A stretch of DNA of 52,647 bases from a virus (Duplodnaviria; Caudoviricetes): positions 1-52,647 of IMG/VR virus record IMGVR_UViG_3300038461_000026, one strand, 5' to 3'. Under the pieces are notes generated by a model. The model saw nothing but the letters and a program-made list of their open reading frames with translations. It was not told the origin of the DNA and did not search any database. The first letter of the stretch is position 1. Each line of letters begins with the position of its first letter. A program made the translations under genes and the position numbers. Shown here one piece after another: positions 35,001 through 44,595 of the stretch.

Positions 35001-35318
35001 ATGACAAATCTGGAAGCAATTAAGGCAAGGGTGTCATATCCCTTGTCAGCCAAAGCATTCGAACTCGCTTTAGTGGGGAGATCACTAACCACTACCGGAA
35101 CATTTGACGCTTCTGCAGATCAGCAAGCCTTTGACTTGGCCTATGCTGACGCATTAACGAGCTTACTTACTTCTCCGGCAAGTGTTTCAGAGGGTGGATT
35201 TTCTGTTTCAAAATCAGACAGGGATACAATTCTTGGGTTGATTACTCCTATTTATAATAGGTACGAAGTGATAATCCCAACTCTTAAACCTACAGCAACA
35301 TTCGTAAGGCGATGGTAG
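35001..35318 (+). CDS. Head-tail connector/adaptor
   Basis: MTNLEAIK..YP..LAYADAL..SVSEGGFSVS; position. Confidence 0.7.
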   Translation: MTNLEAIKARVSYPLSAKAFELALVGRSLTTTGTFDASADQQAFDLAYADALTSLLTSPASVSEGGFSVSKSDRDTILGLITPIYNRYEVIIPTLKPTATFVRRW

Positions 35319-35629
35319 AACAATATCCAGATAGTATTACTGTTACTGTTTCGACTCCGGCTATTCAGGATGAAAGTACTGGACGATGGACGTCGGGGTC
35401 GGCAGAAACATTTACTTGGGATTGTCGGGCAGAAATAAACGGAGCAGAAAGAAAGGTAGCTATTGCAGATGGGACATTACTGGACTATGCATTCGATATT
35501 TATCTTCCTTCCATGGAAACGGTTGTTCCTTTCGACTCTCCTTACCAGCTTACAAAAGGAGGCGCAATTTACTCAGGGACGATAAAGGGCGCAGCAAATG
35601 GGCAGTTAAATTCAAGATTGTGGGCATAA
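35312..35629 (+). CDS. Head closure protein
   Basis: QDESTGRW..CRAE..DG..Y..IYL..GQLNSRLW; position. Confidence 0.65.
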   Translation: MVEQYPDSITVTVSTPAIQDESTGRWTSGSAETFTWDCRAEINGAERKVAIADGTLLDYAFDIYLPSMETVVPFDSPYQLTKGGAIYSGTIKGAANGQLNSRLWA

Positions 35630-36072
35630 CAGCAGACTTCGACATTGGAGATATTAACCAATCAAACGAAGAGCTGGTAGCGGAAGTCGAGAATAAAATC
35701 ATTATGGCAATGCAATACGCTGGCGATGATTTCGTGGCGGCTTGCAGGGAACAACCACAAGGACATGAACTTGGGTTTTATAATGACAGGACTGCAAATC
35801 TAAGAAACTCCGTAGGTTACCTTATTTACAAGTATGGCGAATTGGTTCATGAGTCTGTAACCAGATTTCCGGCAGAAAATCGGGCAGCGGTTGCGGATCT
35901 TATAGATAATGGAGCAATAGTTTTGATAGGAATTGCCGGGATGGATTACGCTTCATATGTTGAATCAAGAGGTTATAACGTAATTACGATACAGCGGGAT
36001 CAGCTTTATATTGACCTTGATATTTACTTTAAGGACATTCAGGTAGCAATCGAAAAGTATGGCAGCAATTAA
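35620..36072 (+). CDS. Tail completion protein (HK97 gp10-like)
   Basis: YNDRTANLRNSVGY..IAGMDYASYVESRGYNVI; likely GTG start at 35620. Confidence 0.75.
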   Translation: MGITADFDIGDINQSNEELVAEVENKIIMAMQYAGDDFVAACREQPQGHELGFYNDRTANLRNSVGYLIYKYGELVHESVTRFPAENRAAVADLIDNGAIVLIGIAGMDYASYVESRGYNVITIQRDQLYIDLDIYFKDIQVAIEKYGSN

Positions 36073-36535
36073 TTTCACATCATCAAGCAAGTTTGTTGAT
36101 ACAGTCTATGGGTTGCTGAGCACGTTAACAGTAAAGAGGTATCAACATACCAAGCCATCAAATGCGAAGGATTCCGAATACATCGTTATCAATGCGCTGC
36201 CAGTTCCGGCAGGGGTAATGCAAGTTGGGTATGTAAATGTAAATTATTTTGTCAAAGACATAAATCCGGGAGTTCCTGATATAACTAAACTTCAGGCTGG
36301 CGAAGAAAGGGTAATCGCACTTCTAAAAAAAGTTACAGCCTCAGATAAAACCTACATGATTGATATTGAAAGCCAAGAAACCTTCCGGGAAGAATCTGCA
36401 GGGGAGCACTATTCAAATTTGAGGTTTAGCTTTAAATTTATTAATTATCAAACACCTCCTGTACAAATTCCGTGGGACGTGGATAGTATTAATGTTGACA
36501 TTAATGACGAAAGATTAGACATAGATTACTCATAA
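36059..36535 (+). CDS. Tail terminator-like protein with acidic C-terminal extension
   Basis: EYIVINAL..QVGYVNVNYFVKD..EHYSNLRFSF then VDSINVDINDERLDID. Confidence 0.65.
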   Translation: MAAINFTSSSKFVDTVYGLLSTLTVKRYQHTKPSNAKDSEYIVINALPVPAGVMQVGYVNVNYFVKDINPGVPDITKLQAGEERVIALLKKVTASDKTYMIDIESQETFREESAGEHYSNLRFSFKFINYQTPPVQIPWDVDSINVDINDERLDIDYS

Positions 36536-36544
36536 TTTAATGAT

Positions 36545-39500
36545 ATGAAAAAATACTTAATTACAGCGCTTTTTTTAATTATAAGTACACTTGCTTTCGG
36601 TCAGGCTGCTAAGGTTCCCATGGGCATTCATATGACGCCTGCCAATGCTTTTCCTATAATCAATAAAGCTATTGATACTCTGAATAAAGTAAGTGATAGT
36701 GTTAAAACAAAAGCACCTATCCATAATGCTCATCTCACGGGATTAACATTATTAGAACAGTTAAAGATTTCAGCAGGAGGCGTTACGATTACAGCGATCA
36801 CTTCAGATGGCACTAATATACATTTCTGGTCAGGGGTGACAGAACTGGCAGCCGTCCCGGGTAGTGGTAGTACAACATGGGGGAACATTACAGGTTCATT
36901 GGCAAGTCAAAATGACTTAACAAGTGCTTTAAATGCCAAGGCGCCTGTGTCAACCACGATGACAACCTCTCATGCTGCAAATGGAGTTACGACCCAAAAG
37001 ATTATAAATTGGGATTTGGCTTATGGCTGGGGCAATCATGCATCGGCAGGATATGCTTTAAATAGTGCTTTATCAAGTTACGCTTTAAATAGTGCTTTAG
37101 CAGGTTATGTCCCGACTTCAAGAACAGTTAACGGTCATTCACTTTCTGGGAATGTTTCTGTAAGTACAACTGATTTAAGTCTGAATAATGTTGACAATAC
37201 TTCAGACGCAACAAAGAATGCAGCATCCGTTACACTGACTAATAAAACACTTACATCTCCAAAGATAAATGAGGATGTAGCAATGACAACGACATCAACT
37301 TATCTTAACCGGGTTGATGCTACAAGTTCTATACAGGGACAGTTAAATGCAAAAGCAGTAGCGATTAATTTTTATGTTTCTAATACCGGATCAGATGTAG
37401 CAGACGGATTAACACCAGCAACAGCATGGCAGACAATATCAAAAGTAAATGCAAGTACATTTAATCCGGGATCTTCAATACTTTTCAATAAAGGCGATAC
37501 ATGGAGAGAAGAGTTGATTATTCCCTCTAGTGGCATTTCTAGTTCCTATATTACATTCGGCAGTTATGGCACAGGCAATGCGCCTCAAATACTCGGTTCG
37601 TCATTAGTAACGGCATGGACAAGTGACGGGAGTAATGTATGGCATTCAACTACAACAGTCAGTAATCCTTACGCCTTGACATATAATGGAAATGTTTATT
37701 TTAAAGAAACTAGTGGATTGATTACATGGGGAAAGGTAAAGGTAGCAAACAGAGCAGCTTTAGTATCAGAATATCAATGGGAATGGGAATCAAATCATAT
37801 TTATATTTATTCTCCGACTGATCCAAATACAAGATATTCAGGCGTAGAAGTCACACAAAGAGCAATAGGTATTTCCCTGAATAGCAAAAGTTATATAACT
37901 ATTGACGGACTAGAGGTTGCGTATGCTAATGCAGGGGGAATAGATGAAGGTATTTTCCCATTTGTAAATCTGACGGGGTTAATTGTTAAGAATTGCAATA
38001 TTCATCATACTGGAATTAAGTCGAGTGCGGCAGGTTATGGACTTGGGCTGGCTCACTCAAATATGCTCATTCAAAACAATATCATTCATGACTCCGGTAG
38101 AAGAAATATATCGTTAAATCTTTATGCAGCAAATATTCAGGTAAGCAGTATCATAGTTGAAAACAACACTTTATATCGTGGGTTTCATACCACCGGGGTT
38201 GACATTGAAACAGATGGAGCAGGTACATTGGATAATTTAATTATCAGAAATAACCTGATTTATGATGATATTACAGAAACATTAGACGGGGTTGAAAGTC
38301 ATGGAGCTGATGGTATATTTATTGGCGGAGGAACAGGGCTGACTAATATTTATATCTATAACAATCTCGTAAAAAATACGACAAAATTTGCTTTAGAAAT
38401 CAATTACTCTCAATCAGTTTATGTCTATAATAACACTTTTTACGGCGTTAATCCCAATGTTCCTGAGTTTGGTCTTGGACTAGTCGGATTACTTAATTCA
38501 GCAAATTGCACATTTAAGAATAATATTCTTTATAATAATGCCAGTAGTGTTGGTGGTACTCGTCATTATGCTTGTTTGGTTTTAAGTGGCGCAGGCAATA
38601 CTATGACTTCTGATTATAATTTATTTTACAATACGGACGCAACGCAAAGGATGTTTTATTGGAAAATCTGGCAGAATGACTATACAGTGTCACAATGGGC
38701 AACATATAAATCAACAAGTAGCCAGGATGCTCACAGTCCTACTCCTGCCGATCCATTGTTTACGGCTTCATCGGTTTATACCTTACAATCGCATAGTCCT
38801 GCCGCCGGTGTTGGGGTTGTCATAAATGACTATACTACTGATTACAATGGGGTAGCGATTTCGAGTACTCCTAATCTTGGAGCATTCCAAACAACTACTT
38901 CTACGATTCCGGTTTATGTCAGTTCTGCCGTTGCAGATGCTACACCAACTATTTTAGTGATGACTTACAATTTGACTCTGGAAAACATTACTCCTGATCC
39001 TACGGCTTTTACTGTATTAGTAAATTCAGGAGCAATAGCAGTTAATTCGGTTGCTATTTCAGGCATAAATGTTCAATTGACGCTTGCAAGTCCGGTTACG
39101 GCAGGTAATACCGTTACAGTTGCTTATACACAACCTGCGATTAATCCAATTCAGACAATTTTAGGAGCGCAAGCAGTAAATTTAACGGCTCAGTCAGTTA
39201 CTAATAATATTTCATTCACTACTTCTTATGCAAACGCAGGAGGACAAGGCGACAGAACGTCTACCGTTACAGTAACGAGAAACGGGTTTACTTCATATGG
39301 ATTAATCACTACGTGGGTCAATGGAGCAAAACTAGACAATGTATATTCTTTTAATGTTGTAAATCCAATAACAGGAATCTGGGTTTTATTTGACTTTGGT
39401 TCTGGGGCAAGAAGGATAATTAATGAAGCAACTTTCTTCGAAGGTGCAGCGCAGGGACAAGGAACGTGGCAATGGCAGGGTTCAAATGACGCATCAGTGA

Positions 39501-39667
39501 GTCCTACTAACTTCACGAATATAGGAAGCACTTTTACTCTAACAAATGGGGTGTTAAGTGGACTGAGTGGAAATACCACAGGATATAGACATTATAGGAT
39601 GTTAGGAGTTAGTGGTGCTTTGTCGGGGGCTTGTTGGATATATGAAATGGAGTTTAAAATTTATTAA
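36545..39667 (+). CDS. Large fibre/spike-like protein: signal peptide, fibre shaft motifs, right-handed beta-helix, Ig-like repeat, C-terminal beta-sandwich
   Basis: MKKYLITALFLIISTLAFG-Q; WGNITGSLASQNDL, TVNGHSLS, LNNVDNTSD; FYVSNTGSD..TPATAWQTISKVN; repeated I.NN.I motifs. Confidence 0.75.
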   Translation: MKKYLITALFLIISTLAFGQAAKVPMGIHMTPANAFPIINKAIDTLNKVSDSVKTKAPIHNAHLTGLTLLEQLKISAGGVTITAITSDGTNIHFWSGVTELAAVPGSGSTTWGNITGSLASQNDLTSALNAKAPVSTTMTTSHAANGVTTQKIINWDLAYGWGNHASAGYALNSALSSYALNSALAGYVPTSRTVNGHSLSGNVSVSTTDLSLNNVDNTSDATKNAASVTLTNKTLTSPKINEDVAMTTTSTYLNRVDATSSIQGQLNAKAVAINFYVSNTGSDVADGLTPATAWQTISKVNASTFNPGSSILFNKGDTWREELIIPSSGISSSYITFGSYGTGNAPQILGSSLVTAWTSDGSNVWHSTTTVSNPYALTYNGNVYFKETSGLITWGKVKVANRAALVSEYQWEWESNHIYIYSPTDPNTRYSGVEVTQRAIGISLNSKSYITIDGLEVAYANAGGIDEGIFPFVNLTGLIVKNCNIHHTGIKSSAAGYGLGLAHSNMLIQNNIIHDSGRRNISLNLYAANIQVSSIIVENNTLYRGFHTTGVDIETDGAGTLDNLIIRNNLIYDDITETLDGVESHGADGIFIGGGTGLTNIYIYNNLVKNTTKFALEINYSQSVYVYNNTFYGVNPNVPEFGLGLVGLLNSANCTFKNNILYNNASSVGGTRHYACLVLSGAGNTMTSDYNLFYNTDATQRMFYWKIWQNDYTVSQWATYKSTSSQDAHSPTPADPLFTASSVYTLQSHSPAAGVGVVINDYTTDYNGVAISSTPNLGAFQTTTSTIPVYVSSAVADATPTILVMTYNLTLENITPDPTAFTVLVNSGAIAVNSVAISGINVQLTLASPVTAGNTVTVAYTQPAINPIQTILGAQAVNLTAQSVTNNISFTTSYANAGGQGDRTSTVTVTRNGFTSYGLITTWVNGAKLDNVYSFNVVNPITGIWVLFDFGSGARRIINEATFFEGAAQGQGTWQWQGSNDASVSPTNFTNIGSTFTLTNGVLSGLSGNTTGYRHYRMLGVSGALSGACWIYEMEFKIY
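37052..37105 (+). repeat. 27-bp tandem duplication in fibre shaft
   Basis: YALNSALSS / YALNSALAG; gctttaaatagtgcttta twice. Confidence 0.7.
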
Positions 39668-39718
39668 ACAATAGTATTAAACAATGATTTAAACAATAAA
39701 ACAGTATAACAATGATTT
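39662..39718 (+). repeat. Degenerate tandem TTAAACAAT repeats upstream of tail tube gene
   Basis: tattaaacaatag tattaaacaatga tttaaacaataa aacagta taacaatgattt. Confidence 0.6.
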
Positions 39719-39743
39719 TAATTTAAAATAAGGAGGACAAAAA

Positions 39744-40241
39744 ATGGCACAGCAATTAGTATTCGCCGTAACGGGCATTAAATACGGCACTCCGACAGGC
39801 TTAGCAACCATGCCGGGAAGTTTAACCGCTCTCCCGGACACAGTTAAAGGGTCTGTCGCTATTGACGAATCAGAAGGTACGTTTACCAGCTTTTTCGTTG
39901 ATCAGAAAAAAGCTCCTATCAAACGGGTGAAAACCGAAGAAGGGGAGATGACCATTACCGCACAATTTTACGATTTGGATTACGAAAATCTGAACGTGTT
40001 CAAAGGTGCTGCAGCAAGTGGAGTTACTAGTTCATTTGTTATCGGAACGGACTACACCACAATCGAGAAAGCTATTGAGATATCATTTGATTCCGGTCAT
40101 AAAATGAGAATCTACAATGGTGGCTGTTCTGCAAGAATAGTCGGAGGTGGTGGCAGGGACAAAATGATTGCTTGGGAGTTAAAGATCACTCCACAGGTAA
40201 CAGCCAACAACCTTGGCATTTACGAACTTGCATCCTCATAA
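39744..40241 (+). CDS. Major tail (tube) protein
   Basis: 165 aa beta-rich; precedes chaperone pair and tape measure; followed by terminator. Confidence 0.75.
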   Translation: MAQQLVFAVTGIKYGTPTGLATMPGSLTALPDTVKGSVAIDESEGTFTSFFVDQKKAPIKRVKTEEGEMTITAQFYDLDYENLNVFKGAAASGVTSSFVIGTDYTTIEKAIEISFDSGHKMRIYNGGCSARIVGGGGRDKMIAWELKITPQVTANNLGIYELASS

Positions 40242-40244
40242 AAT

Positions 40245-40270
40245 AGGAGGCTCTGAATTGAGCCTCCTTT
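40245..40270 (+). terminator. Intrinsic terminator after tail tube gene
   Basis: AGGAGGCTC-TGAATT-GAGCCTCCT-TT. Confidence 0.7.
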
Positions 40271-40274
40271 ACTT

Positions 40275-40736
40275 ATGAAAGAGGAATTTGATGCAGCGAA
40301 CCTATTATTAAGGGAAGCGGGAGAAGATTATAAATTCACGTTGGAGTGGAAGCGGTTTAAGTTCAAACTGAAAATAAAACCAGTAACTACCCGGACATTA
40401 ATTAAGATCAGCCGGGAAGTTTCACAGATAAAAGAGTTCAATCCGACCGTCGCAATGTTTGACGAGCAGATTAAAAACTCTGATAGTTTTGTTCATGTTT
40501 GTAAAACTCTGACAGTCGCAACGGAAACTCGGTTCCCTTGGCTTGTGAATAAGGCAATTATGGACTTGCCATTCAAAAAGGTTCTTGTGCTATGGTCTAT
40601 TCTAATGAAACAGAGTGATCCGACTTGCTTTTTTTTTATTTTGGCATCGGCGAAAGGGATGAACAAAATGATTTCGACAAAAGAATCGAGCAAAAAGGGG
40701 AAACCAAAGGTGGTGACACAATCTTCGGGAGAATAG
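40275..40736 (+). CDS. Tail assembly chaperone (gpG-like)
   Basis: Between tube and tape measure genes; overlaps a -1 frame ORF. Confidence 0.7.
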   Translation: MKEEFDAANLLLREAGEDYKFTLEWKRFKFKLKIKPVTTRTLIKISREVSQIKEFNPTVAMFDEQIKNSDSFVHVCKTLTVATETRFPWLVNKAIMDLPFKKVLVLWSILMKQSDPTCFFFILASAKGMNKMISTKESSKKGKPKVVTQSSGE

Positions 40737-40906
40737 CATTAATGAGAGCCAAGCTTCATCTTACGGATGAAGAATTGATGAACAGTTCATGGATTGCTTT
40801 AAATCTGGAACTTGGCGATTATCCTTATTTTGATTATGAGGCCGAGAAGAAAATTTCAAAAGAAGATACCGGGCTGGCACTTGAAAAACTCCTGAAGAAA
40901 CAATGA
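40625..40906 (+). CDS. Tail assembly chaperone frameshift extension (gpT-like)
   Basis: -1 frame relative to 40275; overlap opens at a T9 run (40629-40637). Confidence 0.65.
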   Translation: MLFFYFGIGERDEQNDFDKRIEQKGETKGGDTIFGRIALMRAKLHLTDEELMNSSWIALNLELGDYPYFDYEAEKKISKEDTGLALEKLLKKQ

Positions 40907-43900
40907 GTATTTTATCATTTACGACAAAAGTTAATAACTCCCAACTCAAACAGGGAGCAAAGGAGGCTGGGCAGTCATTTCAGCAAATGGCCAAAGATGC
41001 GCAGCTCTCCGGCGATCTTATTGATCGTGCGTATAACGAAACCTCCACCAACGTCAAGGCAATTATTCAGGCTCAAAAGGATTTGATAAAATCCATTGAA
41101 ACGGATATCGCTGGGATGAATAACCTATTAGCCATAACCGGACCCGGAAAGGCGCAACAGGAAATTTTACTTGACAGGAAAGCGGCGACAAAAGCACTTG
41201 CGGAAGAACAGGGCAGATTACAGTCAATGCAGGCGGCAGCTGTTGTTTCAAATGAGAAGGAGATTGAATCCCATGGTGGTATTATTGCTTCTTTGGGTAA
41301 ATGGATGATTGGAATGGTGACGGTGGGTGCTGCCATAAAACTCTTTAAGAGTATAATGGAATCAACCACGACAACCGCAAATTTTCTTGAACAACAAATC
41401 GGAAGATTAACAGGTGCTTGGCAGGTATTTTTGAAGGCCATTGCCACAGGTGATTTTAAAGACTTATTCAATAGAATGAGGGAAGGCTCTATTGCTACAC
41501 AGAATTATATAAAGGCAATGGAGGAGGTCACAAATATCAAAAGGGAGCTTGCTATTGAAGAATCAAAGATTAATATTCAGATTGAGCAGCAACGGTTAAT
41601 TGCTTATGCACCCAAAGACGAGGCTAGTGATGCTCAACGGCTTGCGGCAATGAATAAAATGCTTGAACTTATTGGCCAGAAAGCAAAAATGGAAACGGGC
41701 GCAGCCACAATGGTTCAAAATGCAGTTGCGGAAAAGACAGCCGGGGTGAATAAATTAACAGCCGATGAGGTTCAATTTGCTATCGAAAACTACAAGAAAG
41801 TTGAAGAGATTGGAAATAAATACAACCAATTACAGGCACGACTGGCCGTAAAAGGAACTAAACAAAAGGGGGATATTACAATTCCGGTTCCGGGATCAGA
41901 GTCCATTACGATCGCAGCACAACAAACAGACGCTTACTATAAAGATATTGAGCGGCAACTAAAGGAGCTTGATAAGCAAAATGGTGCAACTATGGGGCAT
42001 ATTTGGGCTGGACTTGCTGACCTGGCTCCGGCAGAAAGGGAATTAGTTGCACAGGCTATTCAGGACACGCTTCAAAAGCAGAATCAGGCAGCAATGGAAA
42101 GTAAGCGACTACTTAAATTAAAAGCCACTACTGAAAATCAAATAGCTGCAGACGCTAATGAGGAACTGAAAAAACAATCAGAATATCAGCAAGAATTAGG
42201 GCAAAAGCGCATTGATACTGAATTAAAGATTGAGGGAATGATTATTGCCGCACAAAAAGACGGTGACCAGAAGTCCCGAGATCAGGCATTATTAGATTAC
42301 CGTCAAACCCTGAACGACCTTGATAAACAGAAAACCGAACTCATTAAAAAATACAACGAGGACTATGGAGGCTATGACAAAGCCGGACAACCAACAACAA
42401 AATATGTCGGAACTTTAAGTACAAGGGATCAGCAATTAGATACACAGGCCAGATTAGCTGCAAAAAAAGACTATGACGCCAAGGTGGATAAAATTGACAC
42501 CGATGCCGGAATAAAATTAAAAAACATTCAGGATTCTATTGCCATGGATTTTGCTTCAGCACAGCAAAAGGAAATAATTGAAATTAATAAAAAGTATGAT
42601 GCATGGATTAAAGCGGCAATAGAAGCAGGAGCAACCGAGGCTCAAGTTGTAGATATGAATGAATCCCGGAGAAAAGAACTTGAAAATGCCAGTAAGGATA
42701 CTTCTTATAAAATGACAGCCTTTTACAAGGAGGCCTTTGGTGACTTATCAACATATAGCACAGCCGGGATTAAAAAGGCACTAACAGATGTTCAGGCCGT
42801 AATTGATTCAGCAAAACCACAAAGCGAAAAGGGTAAGACCTTTATGTTGGTTGATATCCCGGAAATAAATGCCGAAGGGGAAGTTGTTCACAAAAATATA
42901 ACCTTAACGGTTGAAGAATACCAAAAGCTGATTGAAGTAATTAAAAAACTTCACACAGAACAAAAGAAAGGAACTTTGGTTGAGGCCTTTGGTGCGGCTG
43001 CGGAGTTTGCCACAAAATTAGCTACAGCCATAGGAGATTCGGATAAGAATTTAACTTTACTTCTTTCCGGATTGTCTGTGGCATTGAAGGACTTTGAATC
43101 ACTTGGAAACTCTGGTGCTTTCACAAAAGCCGGAATGTCTGAAAAAGACGCTGTTAGTGCCATTATCAGCGGAGCTTCAGATCTTGTGTCAATGATTGCC
43201 GGGCAAGTTGCTGAGAACAAAAAAGTAATGAAGGATTATTACGATAGCATTATTGCCCAGCAGCAAGAATATAATCTGGCATTGAATGAACAGCTTCGAT
43301 TGAATGAACAGAATAATGGTTCTCCTTTATTTACAAATTATGTTGCCAGACTAAAAGATAGTGTTTCAGCCTTCGCCGATGCACAGTCAAAATACCATGA
43401 TGAGCTTGAAAAGTTCCGGCAGGCACAAGCTATAGTCGGGGAGAAAAGTGTCGTTTCAGGCGGAAATGTTCTGAAAGGCGCTGGTGCAGGAGCACTTGCC
43501 GGGGCAGGGATAGGCTCTGTTGTTCCAGTAATAGGAACAGCCATTGGAGCAGCTGTTGGAGGAGTGGTTGGTGCTATTGCCGGATTATTCGCAAAAAAGA
43601 AAAAAGATGTTGTTGCTCCGTTACTTGAAACATATCCCGATCTGATAAAAGCAAACGGCGAGTTTAATGATACTTTGGCTCAAACATTACTTGACAATAA
43701 TAAAATTGCCGAAGGGAGCAAAAAGACACTTCAGAACCTTATTGAATGGAAGAAGGCAGCTGACGCAGCAAAGGAACAACTTCATCAGATTGTTGCAGAC
43801 CTCGCCGGGCAAATGGGTGATGATTTAAGCACCGCACTTGAAAACGCATTTGAAAATGGAACTAATGCCGCACAAGCCTTCGGGGATGTTGTCAGTAAGG

Positions 43901-44595
43901 TACTTGATAATATTTTGTCAAAGCTTATTTTTGACAAGGTATTCGAGAAGTCACTTACAGCACTTGGAACTAATCTGGAAGCAGATTTGGCGTCTGGCGA
44001 TAATGCAAAACTTATTACCGATTTCCAGAGTTTCTTTTCCGGGTATCCGGCCTTGATAAAACAGTATGATGACCTTATGACAGAGGCACAAAAAGCCGCT
44101 GGTTCAGCCGGATTAAGTATTTTTCATACACCTTCATCATCTTCAAATTCTGTTTCTAATCAAATTCAAAGTAACATTACTGAAGATACAGGCACGGAGC
44201 TTGCCGGGTTAATGAGAATGATCGCAGACGACAATCGCAAAAATGTAACCTACAACCAACGGGCGGCAGATGAACTTTTCGATATTGTCTTAAATTCAGC
44301 ACAGACAGTTACAGAACTTCGGGCAATAGAAACATTATTAGGTGGGACACCAGCCGCACTTCCTTTGGCTGTTGTTAACGCTTCATCGCCTGAAAATACA
44401 TCCGGGGAGGTTGCAGCCTTACTTATAAAAATTAACAATACTGAGCAAGGTATTCAGGATTACAACAAACAGGCAATAGATCACATGGTTAATATTGAAG
44501 TAAATACTTTTGACACGGTTGTTCAATTAAAATTGGCCATTGTTGAATTACAAGCAATTAAACAAAATACAAGACCTGCATTTTCAGGATTATAA
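40903..44595 (+). CDS. Tape measure protein
   Basis: 1230 aa, Ala/Gln/Lys-rich helical, Gly-zipper GAGAGALAGAGIGSVVPVIGTAIGAAVGG. Confidence 0.9.
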   Translation: MSILSFTTKVNNSQLKQGAKEAGQSFQQMAKDAQLSGDLIDRAYNETSTNVKAIIQAQKDLIKSIETDIAGMNNLLAITGPGKAQQEILLDRKAATKALAEEQGRLQSMQAAAVVSNEKEIESHGGIIASLGKWMIGMVTVGAAIKLFKSIMESTTTTANFLEQQIGRLTGAWQVFLKAIATGDFKDLFNRMREGSIATQNYIKAMEEVTNIKRELAIEESKINIQIEQQRLIAYAPKDEASDAQRLAAMNKMLELIGQKAKMETGAATMVQNAVAEKTAGVNKLTADEVQFAIENYKKVEEIGNKYNQLQARLAVKGTKQKGDITIPVPGSESITIAAQQTDAYYKDIERQLKELDKQNGATMGHIWAGLADLAPAERELVAQAIQDTLQKQNQAAMESKRLLKLKATTENQIAADANEELKKQSEYQQELGQKRIDTELKIEGMIIAAQKDGDQKSRDQALLDYRQTLNDLDKQKTELIKKYNEDYGGYDKAGQPTTKYVGTLSTRDQQLDTQARLAAKKDYDAKVDKIDTDAGIKLKNIQDSIAMDFASAQQKEIIEINKKYDAWIKAAIEAGATEAQVVDMNESRRKELENASKDTSYKMTAFYKEAFGDLSTYSTAGIKKALTDVQAVIDSAKPQSEKGKTFMLVDIPEINAEGEVVHKNITLTVEEYQKLIEVIKKLHTEQKKGTLVEAFGAAAEFATKLATAIGDSDKNLTLLLSGLSVALKDFESLGNSGAFTKAGMSEKDAVSAIISGASDLVSMIAGQVAENKKVMKDYYDSIIAQQQEYNLALNEQLRLNEQNNGSPLFTNYVARLKDSVSAFADAQSKYHDELEKFRQAQAIVGEKSVVSGGNVLKGAGAGALAGAGIGSVVPVIGTAIGAAVGGVVGAIAGLFAKKKKDVVAPLLETYPDLIKANGEFNDTLAQTLLDNNKIAEGSKKTLQNLIEWKKAADAAKEQLHQIVADLAGQMGDDLSTALENAFENGTNAAQAFGDVVSKVLDNILSKLIFDKVFEKSLTALGTNLEADLASGDNAKLITDFQSFFSGYPALIKQYDDLMTEAQKAAGSAGLSIFHTPSSSSNSVSNQIQSNITEDTGTELAGLMRMIADDNRKNVTYNQRAADELFDIVLNSAQTVTELRAIETLLGGTPAALPLAVVNASSPENTSGEVAALLIKINNTEQGIQDYNKQAIDHMVNIEVNTFDTVVQLKLAIVELQAIKQNTRPAFSGL

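Noticed and set aside
35386-35619. Long N-terminal extension of the gp10-like gene given by the ORF track
   Set aside because: Overlaps the head-closure gene almost fully; GTG at 35620 gives a normal-sized protein
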